Shown in pieces: positions 1 to 13,736 of a DNA stretch of 64,000 nt. The notes beneath the pieces are model-generated. The model searched no databases, was not told the origin of the DNA, and was given only the letters and a program-made list of their open reading frames with translations. The stretch's first letter is position 1. The number at the start of each line of letters is the position of its first letter. Source of the DNA: Eledone cirrhosa (taxonomy: Eukaryota); NCBI GenBank assembly GCA_964016885.1, contig OZ024752.1, positions 37,634,001-37,698,000 on the forward strand, written 5' to 3'. A program made the translations under genes and the position numbers.

Positions 1-90
1 GTTAAGACCCTCTTCCTGCTATATCAAGCGTTAACCTAATATGTCCCTTCCATACACTGTACCGATTGTGTTGTTATTTCTGTTTACCTT

Positions 91-95
<5 letters not shown>
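1..95 (+). mobile_element. 3' remnant of a Penelope-like/hammerhead-bearing short repeat (same family as 58862-58990)
   Basis: Bases 1-42 are the reverse complement of ~58918-58959 and similarity continues to ~95. The window starts at the GUU/stem I' portion of the hammerhead seen at 58953-58988. Followed by (CA)n. Confidence 0.6.
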
Positions 96-150
<55 letters not shown>

Positions 151-163
151 ACACACACACACA

Positions 164-241
<78 letters not shown>

Positions 242-352
242 TAACAGATTTGCTCAACGGTTTTTATATATATTTATATATATTATCCTTATCGAGCCCT
301 CTTCGGATTTTAGTCTTCACATTTATTATTATTAATATATATATATATATAT

Positions 353-488
<136 letters not shown>

Positions 489-616
489 CAGAGGTCCAAC
501 GAGCTCTTGATTCCAGAGTCGGGCCAGGTCGATACAGATCGTACCTTGAGCTGATCAATAGCGAAACTCGCGTCACTACTCAATAAACGTAATGAAGACA
601 TAACAAATCGTCCTTT

Positions 617-647
<31 letters not shown>

Positions 648-688
648 CGATATTAAACAAATGGAAACTATATTTATAAAACCATATT

Positions 689-754
689 TATTTCATTATA
701 CATATTTCGGGGATACCATATTAAAAATATGGCATGCCTTCGTCAGATAAAATA
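689..754 (-). ncRNA. Minimal type-I hammerhead ribozyme motif (mirror copy in left palindrome arm)
   Basis: Reverse complement of 883-948 with a CUGACGA core; the only difference is at the variable N7 position. Confidence 0.65.
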
Positions 755-882
755 CAATATATAAACAGTTTTATAAATAATTTTGACGTACCATAAATAG
801 GAGCTACCATTATGTCGGAAGCTGGTTTGGTAGCTCCTATTTATGGTACGTCAAAATTATTTATAAAACTGTTTATATATTG

Positions 883-948
883 TATTTTATCTGAAGAAGG
901 CATGCCATATTTTTAATATGGTATCCCCGAAATATGTATAATGAAATA
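883..948 (+). ncRNA. Minimal type-I hammerhead ribozyme motif
   Basis: Stem I UAUUUUAU(883-890)/AUGAAAUA(941-948); CUGAAGA 891-897; stem II AUGCCAUAU/AUAUGGUAU with an imperfect base; GAAA 929-932; very short stem III; AUA cleavage triplet ending at 940. Confidence 0.65.
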
Positions 949-1074
949 AATATGGTTTTATAAATATAGTTTCCATTTGTTTAATATCGTATATCTACTC
1001 CAAAAACTTGTCGAGTGCTTTATATCAGTTATAAAATATTTACTTGTTGTAACCCAACAATTTTAAATAAAACT

Positions 1075-1146
<72 letters not shown>

Positions 1147-1280
1147 GAACAATCGACTTTCGTCAAATCGGACCGAGGAATCAATGTTTCCATTGGTCTT
1201 TCCACTTGCAAATACTATCTATAGGTACAAGGCCAACAATTTGAGAGGGAGAGGAAAATCGATTAAATTAACCCCAGGGC

Positions 1281-1885
1281 ATGCATACATACGTACGCAC
1301 GTGTAGTTCGTTTGTATGTATGTATGTATGTATGTATGTATGTATGTATGTATGTATGTATGTATGTATGTATGTATTTATGTATGTATGTATGTACGTA
1401 CGTACGTATGTTTGTATGTATGTATGTGCGTATGTAAGTGTGTATGTATGTATGTATGTATGTACGCACGTACGTATGTATGTAAGTATGTATGTACGTA
1501 TGTATGTATGTACGTACATACGTACGTATGCATGTATTTATGTATGTATGTATGTACGTACGCACGTATGTATGTTTGTATGTATGTACGTATGTATGTG
1601 TGTATGTACGTATGTATGTATGTATGTACGTATGTATGTATTTATGTATGTACGTATGTATGTATTTATGTATGTATGTATGTACGTACGCACGTATGTA
1701 TGTTTGTATGTATGTATGTACGTATGTATGTGTGTATGTATGTATGTATGTATGTATGTATGTATGTATGTATGTATGTACCTACGTATGTATGTATGTA
1801 CCTACGTACGTATGTATGTATGTATGTATGTATGTATGTATGTATGTATGTATATATGTACGTATGTATGTATGTATGTATGTAT
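1281..1885. repeat. Degenerate (TATG)n tetranucleotide microsatellite
   Basis: About 600 bp of TATG with TACG/TGTG variants; explains the MYVC/HTYI ORFs. Confidence 0.95.
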
Positions 1886-2020
1886 AGTAAAGAGGAAACT
1901 AAAATTGAATATAAGTGTTTCCTGTTTACACGCTTAACAGTAAGTGGGGGTGTTAGTTAAGTTGGCTAACGCGACCATAGGTGGTCAGTTTTACTGAAAA
2001 TTAACGGAATATTGTATGCA

Positions 2021-2195
2021 CAGTAAAATTCCGTTATAACGAAATTCACGGGGTATAAAAAAATTTCGTTGTAACGAAAAATTCTTTATAACGTGATCGA
2101 CCAAACACACTATGCGTGTGGCCGAGAATTGAAAAAATATTCGTTATAGTGTAAAATTCGTTATGAGGGTATTCGTTATAATGAAATTTTACCTG
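2021..2195. mobile_element. Tc1/mariner(pogo-like) MITE
   Basis: Terminal inverted repeats (TIRs) CAGTAAAATTCCGTTATAACG ... CGTTATAATGAAATTTTACCTG, with TA at the right end. Second copy in opposite orientation at 43955-44120. Confidence 0.7.
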
Positions 2196-2338
2196 TATTA
2201 CTTTCAAGGGATTCCATTTTGATTGGTATACAATTGTTAACATTCGTTAGCAATTTAAATGTTAGTATGGCCGGCGTTACATTTAGACAATAGGCAATAG
2301 GCAACAACTAAGGCTGCAGATCTCAGAGAGAGGTTTTA

Positions 2339-2943
2339 CTGAAACCTAAAGGGTCAGAGTTTTATACAAATGTGCAGTGGTAAGAAACTTTCAGGCGAGC
2401 TGCACAGCAGAAGATCTTCAGAGGAGAAACCTTCACCTTAAGCAAGTGTTTTGGCTCTTAACATCAGAGTGGTACATTACTGAAGCCTAAAGGATCAGAG
2501 TTTTATACAAATGTGCAGTGCAGTGGTAAGAAACTTTCAGGGGAGTTGGACAGCAGAAGGTCTTCAGAGAAGAAACCCCCACCTTAAGGAAGTGTTTTGG
2601 CCCTTAACATCAGGGAGGCACATCACTGAAACCTAAAGGGTCAGAGTTTTATACAAATGTGCAGTGGTAAGAAACTCTCAGGGGAGTTGGACAGCAGAAT
2701 GTCTTCAGAGAAGAAACCCCCACCTTAAGCAAGTGTTTTGGCCCTTAACATCAGGGAGGCACATCACTGAAACCTAAAGGGTCAGAGTTTTATACAAATG
2801 TGCAGTGGTAAGAAACTCTCAGGGGAGTTGGACAGCAGAATGTCTTCAGAGAAGAAACCCCCACCTTAAGCAAGTGTTTTGGCCCTTAACATCAGAGTGG
2901 CACATCACTGAAGCCTAAAGGATCAGAGTTTTATACAAATGTG
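2339..2943. repeat. Tandem array of a 141-bp unit (~4.3 copies)
   Basis: CTGAA(A/G)CCTAAAGG..CAGAGTTTTATACAAATGTG recurs at 2339, 2480, 2626, 2767 and 2908. Confidence 0.9.
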
Positions 2944-2959
2944 TATAATTAAATAAAAT

Positions 2960-3331
2960 ATATAATAACTTCCTGTGGTCAAAAAAATAAATCACTAAAT
3001 ATCTTTGATACGTAGCTACTTTGTAAAAATTGTGAAAATATCTAAAGTGGTGGTGAGGGTCATGTAGTGTTATGACCTATAATATAGTTAGGTGTGGGTG
3101 AGTGTCGACTGAGTAGTAGAATTTGTAATATTAAAGAGATTTTTTTATATTTTTCAGCTCAGGTAACCCCCGAAAATTCTGTTGTACTCGCAACTCATCC
3201 GTGATACTAAAAATAATATTACAGAACATAACATTACACAACCCTCTTCACCACTTTAGATATATCCACAACGAAGCTACGTGCCAAAAGATGTTTCGTG
3301 ATTAATATTTTGACCGCATGAAATTATTATA
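2960..3331. mobile_element. Old MITE-like element with degenerate ~100-bp inverted arms
   Basis: TATCTAAAGTGGTGGTGAGGGT (~3040-3060) mirrors ACCCTCTTCACCACTTTAGATA (3241-3262); patchy complementarity extends outward. Confidence 0.45.
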
Positions 3332-3566
3332 TATTTACATATAGAAATATTCTTGGTGAAAGAGTTTCTCTATGCTTCTATAATAAATCCTTTGTCATTC
3401 CTTTGAAAAGATGCGTTGTTACATCGTTTGTTTACCATAACCAATGTCACAACATATTTCATCAAACCGAATTGTAATAAAACAAATGTGGAACCTTTAT
3501 AGGCAATTAGACTTGTCACAACATTCTGTCAGGATATAAGAACTGGATATTTAGCCAGTATATATG

Positions 3567-3664
<98 letters not shown>

Positions 3665-3769
3665 CATACATGTATACATACATATATATATATATTTATA
3701 TATGTTTATACCTGATAATTTAGTGGGATATATATATATATTTATATATAATTATAATATTTATACATA

Positions 3770-3840
<71 letters not shown>

Positions 3841-4059
3841 TGTGTGAGCGTGTGCATGTGTATGTGTGTGTATATATATGTGTATATATATAAATGTTTA
3901 TATCTGATAGTTAGTGGGTTGGTGTCACCAATGGAATAACGAAGTTATGTCAACAGTATTTTCAAGGACCTAACGATTAATATTTGTTTCTACTTTTAGC
4001 ACAAGGCCAGCAATTTAAAGAGAAGGAGGGAATGGGTCTTTTGGTATCAGGGTTAGTGT

Positions 4060-4400
4060 AGTGTCTGGAGGTAATTGAAAGAGGAACGCCTAAAATTACC
4101 AACACCCAAAACATGGAGTACCTTTTGACAACAGATTGTCTTGCCTCAGAAAAATTTCTATAGACTTTTGACTGAGGAATGTTCTCACAACTGACCAATG
4201 GGATGCGAGCGTGTCCTATGGCGCCGAAATTCGTTTGTTCTAACTCATATGATTCCAGTTCCTCAGAGAAATAACAACAGAACGAGGAGCTGGACATATC
4301 GATGTATTGACGGAGTAAAACACACTTCAACAACATGTGTACCTGTCTTTCCCACACCAATTCGGACTGCCTGAAGAGGTCACAGCCAATGATGGCTGTC
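4060..4400 (+). pseudogene. Possible decayed Ty3/Gypsy integrase fragment
   Basis: Across frames and through stops: QQIVLPQKNFYRLLTEECSH, RSWTYRCID, FGLPEEVTANDG. These resemble the integrase motifs LVLP..L...H, PW..I.ID and FGLPE.I.SDNG in the expected order. Weak. Confidence 0.3.
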
Positions 4401-4430
4401 ACCGAAATATATATAGCAGTATATCTATAA

Positions 4431-5135
<705 letters not shown>

Positions 5136-5181
5136 TTTATAATAAACGAAGCCAAATTTTACATATTTGACTTAATTATTT

Positions 5182-5276
<95 letters not shown>

Positions 5277-6216
5277 TTAAAACTAAACATTACTTGCAAT
5301 CATATGCCAGAAATTTCTGATTTTAGTTCAATTTCTATGAAATTATTGTATCTCAGATTCCTTTCATGTAGGATAAAATTTCACTTCAGCTCTTATAATA
5401 CCAAGAAATCAAAAAAATATATCAATGGTTTCTATTTTCTTGTGTTTTTTCTTGTTTGTCTTTTCTCGGTTCTTCCAATATTATCTTTTATTATTCGTTC
5501 TACACAACCAGTACATAAAACCAAACCAGCCATAATGCCCTTCGTTTTTCCTTGTATTTCCTGTATATAAAGTTTACCTTCTATTATCTCTGATGTTATT
5601 TTAATACAACCATTAACTCATAGCAGCATATTTTACTGTAATATTGTTTCTATGTCTATTTTTGTTTGTTTGTTTGAAGCGGATTTGAAGAAAAAAATGT
5701 TGATGTTACACAATAAATAACATTCTTAACCTTAACCTAGACGACTCGTTAATGGAAAAGAATAAACCTTTTGATTTATTAAACTAACTTCTCTGTTAAT
5801 GTTTCCAAACAACGCAGTTTCCAACTCTCATTGTCTTAAAAGTACGATAAAAGCGCAAGAAGATTCGAGTGAATCGTTCATCGATTATCAAACGTATCGC
5901 AGCTAACAACAACGCGGAAATAATTTTCATTTTGGAATGTCTTGTACCCATTGGAAAAATGGTGGTCGTTTGCGTTGATACAAGTTAATTCATAAGAGAA
6001 TTTGTAGAAAGGTTCTGTGAAGAGTTAGGCAATCTAACGATTCGGACATTTGACTTTCTTCTGAAAGATATATATATATATTTATTTATATCAAGATATA
6101 GGAGGAAGGAGGAGGTGTTATCGCTTAAATGGCAAAATTGTAAACTCTTTAATCGCGATTACACCAAACATCACGTAGCAAGCTAAACAGGAAAATTAAA
6201 GAATAGACAAAGAATT

Positions 6217-6217
<1 letters not shown>

Positions 6218-6297
<80 letters not shown>

Positions 6298-6309
6298 GCA
6301 GAAGCAACA
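6218..6309. repeat. (CAA)n(CAG)n trinucleotide microsatellite
   Basis: Direct inspection; no convincing spliced ORF around it. Confidence 0.9.
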
Positions 6310-6984
6310 ATGACATAAATAGCAATAGAGCAGCATAGCAAATTCAGCTTCTCTTTCCAACACCAATTCACAGGTATCTTTCCATCTCCGGAGCACGCAA
6401 TCGAAGTAAAAGATGGCGCAGAGAGATTATAGAGAAGAAAAAAAAAAACTAGAAGATAGTAGTATCCAAAATAAGTTAAGCCAACTTTGAATGAACTGCT
6501 AGCAGAAGATGAATATTCTGATAAAATAAAATGTTCTACAAATATTAGAATAACTTCTCTAGCTCAGCCAAAGTTGATATGATTTTTGTTTGATGTTTCT
6601 TCATCGCTTTATTTCTGGATAAAGTACATTTTTTAAGTGATACAAAATTTTTCGAGAACCATTTCTATTCCAACTTTTAGAGAAAGCGCCCTTTTTGTTA
6701 TATCTTTAAACCCCAGTTCTGTTATTCCTTTTAGTTTTTCGTTCCAGTTGTTCCCAACTAGCGATCATGTCCAAAGCAAATTCTGAGAAACCCTTTGTCC
6801 ACCAAAAGTGATCAAACTAATCAAGTCTGTTCCACGAGAATCTCATTTGCAAACCTATCCAACGTTTCCAGATCGATTCTGATATTGCTCCACGTTTATA
6901 CATTTTGATGTGATTGGGACTTCAACATAACCTTTTAACGACGATTTTGTTATACAGCTCACCTACAATGAAAATATCCAGTTG

Positions 6985-7690
6985 GGTTGGCAGAATCGGT
7001 TGAGCGTTGGACAATATGTTTTGGGGCATATAGTTACGTCTTTTTACGTTCTGAATTCAAATCTCACCGAGGTTAGCTTCGCCTTTCATCCTTACAGGGG
7101 TCCGTTAAAATAAACCACCAGCAACGCACCTAAGATTATTAAATTGCGCCTAAATCAGAAACCATTATCATATCACTTTTACGGGGTCGATGAAATAAAG
7201 TACCAGTAATGCACTGGGGTCAATCTAATCGACTCCCCCACCTAAGATTATTAACATTGCGCCTAAATCAGAAAAACCATTATCATATCACTTTTACGGG
7301 GTCGATGAAATAAAGTACCAGTAATGCACTGGGGTCAATCTAATCGATCCCCCCACCTAAGATTATTAACATTGCGCCTAAATCAGAAACCATTATTATT
7401 TCACTTTTACGTGGTCGATGAAATGAAGTACCAGTAATGCACTGGGGTCAATCTAATCGATCCCCCACCTAAGATTATTAACATTGCGCCTAAATCAGAA
7501 AAACCATTATCATATCACTTTTACGGGGTCGATGAAATGAAGTACCAGTAATGTACTGGGGTCAATCTAATCGATCCCCCTACCTAGAATTGTTAACCTT
7601 GTATCTAAATCAGAAACCATTATTATTTCACTTTTACAGGGTCGATAAAATGAAGTACCAGTAATGCACTGAGATCGATTTAATTGACTT
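6985..7690 (+). mobile_element. Octopus tRNA/Meta-type SINE followed by ~5 tandem ~114-bp copies of its 3' half
   Basis: Head TGGCAGAATCGG...TTCAAATCTCACCGAGG...GCCTTTCATCCT. The unit marker CACCTAAGATTATTAAC recurs at ~7127, 7239, 7354, 7466 and 7581. Confidence 0.8.
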
Positions 7691-7919
7691 TTCCCTGCCC
7701 TGAAAGCTAAGCTCGGCTGGATTTGAACTCAGAACGTAAAATACTGTAACTATATGCCGCAAAGCATCTTGTTCGACGCTCTACCGATTACTGCCAATCC
7801 ACCGTTCCTTATCACTAACACTAGTTGTTCTATAGATACGACTCTATCACACATATATTACTCCCTAAGTCATGCAGCATGATAAACCAGGTCACCTGAT
7901 ATAAAACGTTATTACACCG

Positions 7920-8109
7920 TGGCGGCGGCGAGGTGGAGGGGGGGGGGGGACAAGGTGGAGGTGGTGGTGGTGGTGGTGGCGGCGGAGGCGGCAGCGGCGG
8001 TAGAAGTGGCGGTGAAGGCGATGAAGGCGGTGAAGGCGATGAAGGCAGAGGTGGTTGTGGAGGCGGCGACAGTGGTGGTGGTGTTATTGGTGGTTGCTGC
8101 GACGGCGGC

Positions 8110-8162
<53 letters not shown>

Positions 8163-8235
8163 CCCCTGTTCTGTCCCCACCAACACCCACCCACCCACCC
8201 ACACCCACACCCACACCCACCCAGCACACCACCAT
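7920..8235. repeat. Composite (GGC/GGT)n, (AGT)n, (CACC)n low-complexity tract
   Basis: Direct inspection; explains the poly-P/G/T/V ORFs. Confidence 0.85.
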
Positions 8236-8477
8236 CTTAGGTGTACTCAAGTGGTTTTATGTGACATGACAAATATAAATCACTTATTAACTTCACATTT
8301 CCAAATATACAGTGATACCCAGCTTCATAAGATTGTGTGACTAGAATTTTACACGTAACAATTACCAAATGAGAAACAAGTTTGATTAAGATGTAATAGA
8401 GTTTATGAATGTCAAATAGAATTGGCAATGTTGTAGACTTGTAGTAGTACACCTCCTTTTACGAACTGTGTAGTTGT

Positions 8478-9010
8478 GGAGGCGCGTGGCCTAGTGGTAA
8501 GGGTGTTGGACGTGCTATCATAATGCCGGGGGTTCGATTCCTGCACTGAGTTGTATCTCGTGTTGTTGAGTAAAAACTTCAGTATACTTAATTGCAAATG
8601 AGTACCAGCAATAGTACTTTTTGCAATGGACTGGCGTTCTGTCCAGGGATGGGGTCTTGTACTCTCAGTCGCTTAAAGCCACAGAAACCGAGATAGACAC
8701 CATCCTGATGAGCCTAGGGGCTCGAAACAGACTTTAACCCTGCGATGGACTGACGTCCTGTCCAGGAGAAGTCTTGTACCCTCAGTCGCTTCGCGCCTGG
8801 AAAACCGCTATAAACACCGTCCTGAGGAGCCTCTGTGCTCGAGACAGAATTTAACCCAGGCTGAGGCCATGCTGGAGAATGATTTTAACACTGCGATGAT
8901 GGACTGGCGTCCTGTCCAGGAGAAGTCTTGTACTCTCAGTCGCTTCACGCCAGGAAAACTGAGATAAACACCGGCCCGATGAGCCTCCGTGCTCGAGACA
9001 GACTTAAACC
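8478..9010 (+). mobile_element. tRNA-derived SINE with V-domain-like segment; 3' half tandemly triplicated
   Basis: A box TGGCCTAGTGG, B box GGTTCGATTCC, V-like GATGGACTGGCGTCCTGTCCAGG, tail CCTGATGAGCC..GGCTCGA.ACAGACTTTA. The 3' half repeats at ~8735-8855 and ~8885-9010. Confidence 0.75.
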
Positions 9011-10116
9011 CAGGCTGAGGCCATGCTGGAGCACCACCATTTACAAACTTAAAGAATATGACCGGCCGTATGTTGTTAAAGCTTTCTCTTAAGTTCTTCA
9101 AAACGCTGGACCACTTTTTTTCCAAACATATTTCTTACCCCATCGAAGCATACTTTTCTGCAGTTGAATCAATGCACTCTTGGGTCTCGAATAATCGATT
9201 CCCCCTCGTTCGCGCTTATTAATTTTTCAGATTTTTTTTCCAACTACCCCTACCCCACTTGTTCCAACTACCCGACTTATCCCCCCCCACCCACCCACCC
9301 AACATCCCCTATTATTTGGGAGGGACCCGATATTAGTTGCAGTTTTGTGAGCGCATCTATGATAACTGAAAATGTTATTGAAGATTCTTTGTCTGGCAGA
9401 TCAGAATAACATATATAGAAAGAGTCGACCCCCAATAATGAACTGGTACTTATTTGATGGATGGTCCCGTAACTTCTGAGGGTAGTCGGCGGGCCATCGC
9501 AGTGGTATACAGCGTTTCTTGGCCATTTTAAAACCTGGTGGTGCCCCATCCTTCCTCCAGGTCTGAATACAGATGAAGTTTTCCAGAGAAGTATAGAAAG
9601 TGAAAGAAAGGAAGTGAGAAAGAGATATAGAGCAAGGCAAGAATCAACCCCAGTACTAGACTGGTACTTTTTTTCTATCAATCTTGAATGGATGAAAGGC
9701 AAGGTATTCATTTATCTACCTCAAAAGGATGAAAGGTAAAGTTGTTCTCAACGAGATTTGAACAGAGAGTACAGAGAGTTGGAACAAATACCGCAAAGCA
9801 TTCTGTCCGATGGTCTAACGACGCTGCCCCATCTCCGCTTTACCATGTTAACATACGAACACAAATGTTTATTGGCCTCTCTCCCTCAAAAACAACTACG
9901 TTGTGCCTATTTATTACAAGCCAACAAAAGAACCTCATAGATAGTCGTTTGACCTGCTAGAAATAGCAGCCAACTCCGTTTCAAACCACTCGCTACCATA
10001 TTATGAAAAAAAAAGGCGAATACGTTACACAATGTAGTCCCTGGTGTAGAAAAAGGACTGGATGACCATAGGTCTGCCCGACCAAGGATGATCTTGAGCC
10101 CAAAACAACTGTAACC

Positions 10117-10183
<67 letters not shown>

Positions 10184-11289
10184 TTTCTGTTCACCTAAAT
10201 GGTAATTTAGTTTACATAACTATCACTGTTGTCCATTTTATGTTTAACATCAATCAAATAATAACTTTACAATTCATAGAATGTCTGGTGTCGAGTTACA
10301 TGCATATTTTGCTGAACTGTTATTGTCTGCCTTAGAATCAGGTTACGCTCACCTCGATGTTTCGCTAATGAGAACAGAACGTAAATCAAACATTACAAAT
10401 AGCCTGCTTCTTGCGCATGCTCAATGGAGCTTTTACATATAGTGAAAGTGGTTTCACTTATATCCGAACACTTTTAATATGTATTTATATTTTTAGTTCC
10501 TTAACTCCTGGGGGAATCGTAGGGACGCCGCCCTATTGACATATTGCGTTTCTAGGGCATTTTTTAAAAAGCCTGGCGGAGCCCATCTCCTCTCCATGTC
10601 TGAATATAGTAGATTTCTTCCAGAGAAGGACACAGAGAGAGAGTCTGAGAGAATGAAAGTGAGAAAGAGAGATATATAGAGAGAAAGGTACTTTTTTAGA
10701 CTGGTACTTTTTTATCGACCTCAAATGGATGAAAAGCAAAGATGACCTCGGCGGGATTTGAACTGAGAAAGCAAAGAGTCAGAACAAATACCACAAAGTA
10801 TTCTATCCGACGTTTTAACGACTCCATCAATTCGCCGCGTAACTTTTAATAAGACATTGTTTTACAGAGAGATGCTTGTGCCTATTGTGACAAGTTTTTC
10901 TGAGATATTTTTTTCCCAACTCAGGGAAAACAGGCTGGCATCCATTTTTTTTTATGGGGGGCTCGAAGACTGATGGGAGGAAGTTGTCCTCCAACTGGAA
11001 ACCTATCCCGAATGCTTACAACATAATGAATTCCGCTAAAGGCACTCCAAAGACCAGGTGGTGATGTTAAACCGTATAATAGATTAATTCTCCCACTCAA
11101 GAACTCAGAACGTAACAAATATGGCAAGCTATCACGTCCGATTCTTTAACAATTTCACGATTCCATCGCCATGAAGTAGTACTTTATATTATAGATCCCG
11201 AAAGGATGATAGGTCAAGTTGACCTGGACGGGATTTGAAATCAGAGCGTAGAAAACCGAAACAAATGCTACGAGGAATTTTGTCGAACA

Positions 11290-12020
11290 TTGTGGATTGG
11301 CAGTATCGGTAGAGAGTCGGACACCATGCTTTGAAGCATAGAGTTACGTCCCTTTACGGTCTGAGTTCAAATCCCGCCGAGGTTAACTTTGCCTTTTTCA
11401 TCCTTACGGGGTCGATAAAATAAAGTACCAGTAATGTACTGGGTAATTGCTGGCCTTGTGCCTAAAATAGAAACAATTATTCTAATGACAGTTAATTCGA
11501 CTCTTTGAAACGCAGCACATTTTTGCTTAATTTTCCTTCTTCTATAATTTAAAAAAACTCGGCGGATTGGCAGAGTCGGATAGAATAGTTTGCAGTATTC
11601 GTTCCGGCTCTCTTCACTCCCTGAACTCAAATCCCGCCGAGGTTAACTTTGCTTTACGTCCTTTCAAGATCGCTGAAAAAAATAATTGTTTCTACATTTG
11701 GCACAAGGCCAGCAATTACCCAGTACATTACTGGTACTTTATTTTATCGACTCCGTAAGGATGAGAGGCAAAGTTAAACCTCGACGGGATTTGAACTCAG
11801 ACCGTAAAGGGACGTAACTATGCTAGATAGTTACGTCGATGAAAAAAATAATTGTTTCTACTTTTGGCACAAGGCCAGCAATTACCCAGTACATTACTGG
11901 TACTTTATTTTATCGACCCCATAAGGATGAAAGGCAAAGTTAAACCTCGACGGGATTTGAACTCAGACCGTAAAGGGACGTAACTATGCTAGATAGTTAC
12001 GTCGATGAAAAAAATAATAC
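11290..12020. mobile_element. Cluster of Meta-type SINE copies in both orientations, with a local ~180-bp duplication
   Basis: + copies ~11290-11480 and 11560-11660; - copies ~11682-11820 and ~11849-11990, near-identical to each other. Confidence 0.8.
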
Positions 12021-12503
12021 TTGTCTAGTATTGAAGTCAATTCTTCATCTATATCTCTTTCTCACTTCCTTTCCTTCTTCTTTGGAAGAAATAGACAGAC
12101 CTAGAGAGGAGATGGGTTTCGCCAGATTTAAAGTGCCCAAGATACGCCATACATCATGACGAAGCCCCTAGGACTAAAAAGAGGTGGAATATTCCTTTAG
12201 CAAGACACTTTATTTCACATTGCTCCAGTCCAGTCAGCTAGCAAAAATGAGTTTTACCCATAATTCAAAGGCCTAGCCTTGTCATTCTCTGTGTCCCACT
12301 GAATCTTCCTGAGATCTACGTTAAGGGTGCACGTGTAGCGAAAGAAATATTTTCCCTACGGTGTTTTCTTCTTGTGGCCACGACCAGAAAAGGAGTGAGT
12401 AACCTACGACCTCTCAGAGAAGACAATAGATAAATTTGCCTTGTGGAAGGACTTACAGCGCCAATTGTACGAAAGGAGGACATTTTCTAAGGCCGTCTTC
12501 CAC

Positions 12504-12576
<73 letters not shown>

Positions 12577-13383
12577 TTCTCTGGAGGAAATCTACTGCGT
12601 AATTTCACGAGCAAACCCTTCCGTTGATATTTCCAAAGAACTGGAACACTCATCGTCGAATCTGATGGAGATCCATTCCATCCGTCGGTTGTGTTTTCTT
12701 TGATTAAACTGTAGGAAGGGATTTCTATAAAAAAAAAATGTCACTGTTATTTCTAGGTCAAATGACGTAAAGGCTCCGTTGTTGATTTTTATTACAGTTC
12801 CTTCAAATCACGTGAAACAAAGAATTGCAAATATTCTAATGATGCGGATGTAAACTACTTTTGTATCAGACGAGATAGTTTATTATAAAAATCCGGGTTA
12901 AATCAACGACTTTTAACCTAACATATCTTTGTACTTGATACTTTGTGTAAATCTTCCCTGGTAAATTACTACTTCTTTATTTTCACATGCTTTCTTTTAT
13001 TTAAAAAAATCTGTTTTTGTTGTTGTTGTTTTGTTCTGGATAAGAAATTGTTGTTGTGGAGTGGGATGAGATAAAGAGGCGTTATTAAAATATTACCTTA
13101 CTAGCTTTGTCCTGTTTTAAAAGTAGTTTGTACCAAACAGGTGAAAAGAACATCTGCTACGCTAAAACGCAGCATGTCTTTGTTAAGTTTTTCAGCAGAT
13201 GGTTGAAATATTAACAATAAATAAGTGTGCTGATAAACACCAAAACAACATCTCCATCTTGAAGTGGCATTACACATTAAAAAAAATACTAAAGAAAACT
13301 CTCCCGGTGGTATATATTACCTGATGGTATGACAATTTGTATAAATCACCGATTCCTCCGTCGGTTTCGAAGATGAGCAGCTA

Positions 13384-13736
13384 GTGGTTCAGTCGCGAAT
13401 TAATTTCGTATTTCAGACAAAGCTAAACACGGTGGGATTTGAACTCAGAACGTAAAGTGGTTCAGTCAGGAATTAATGTATTTCAGGCAAAGGTTAACTC
13501 GGTGGGATTTGAACTCAGAACGTAAAGTGGTTCAGTCAGGAATTAATGTATTTCAGGCAAAGGTTAACTCGGTGGGATTTGAACTCAGAACGTAAAGTGG
13601 TTCAGTCAGGAATTAATGTATTTCAGGCAAAGGTTAACTCGGTGGGATTTGAACTCAGAACCTAAAGTGGTTCAGTCAGGAATTAATGTATTTCAGGCAA
13701 AGGTTAACTCGGTGGGATTTGAACTCAGAACGTAAA
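13384..13736. repeat. 70-bp tandem array (5 copies) built from a SINE B-box fragment plus flank
   Basis: GTGGTTCAGTC recurs at 13384, 13457, 13527, 13597 and 13667. Each unit contains GGGATTTGAACTCAGAACGTAAA; the last runs into a - strand SINE head. Confidence 0.9.

Larger units (their letters stand above)
643..994. repeat. Long fold-back palindrome (167-bp arms, 18-nt loop), Penelope-like element end
   Basis: 643-809 is the reverse complement of 828-994 with one mismatch that I could see (CTTCGTCAGA vs TCTGAAGAAG). Abuts (TA)n. Single-arm relatives at ~43090-43225 and ~60331-60470. Confidence 0.9.

Noticed and set aside
6200-6580. Poly-Q tract and AAGATGGCG start as a gene 5' end
   Set aside because: The frames close quickly and no recognisable protein results.
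7830-8340. Pro/Gly-rich ORFs as a formin- or extensin-like gene
   Set aside because: Open in several frames because of trinucleotide repeats; no domain or convincing splice sites.
8700-8735. CTGATGAGCCTAGGGGCTCGAAAC as a hammerhead ribozyme
   Set aside because: The GAGCC/GGCTC hairpin consumes the core GA and there is no stem I/III. Sister copies read CGAGAC, so this is a SINE 3' stem-loop.
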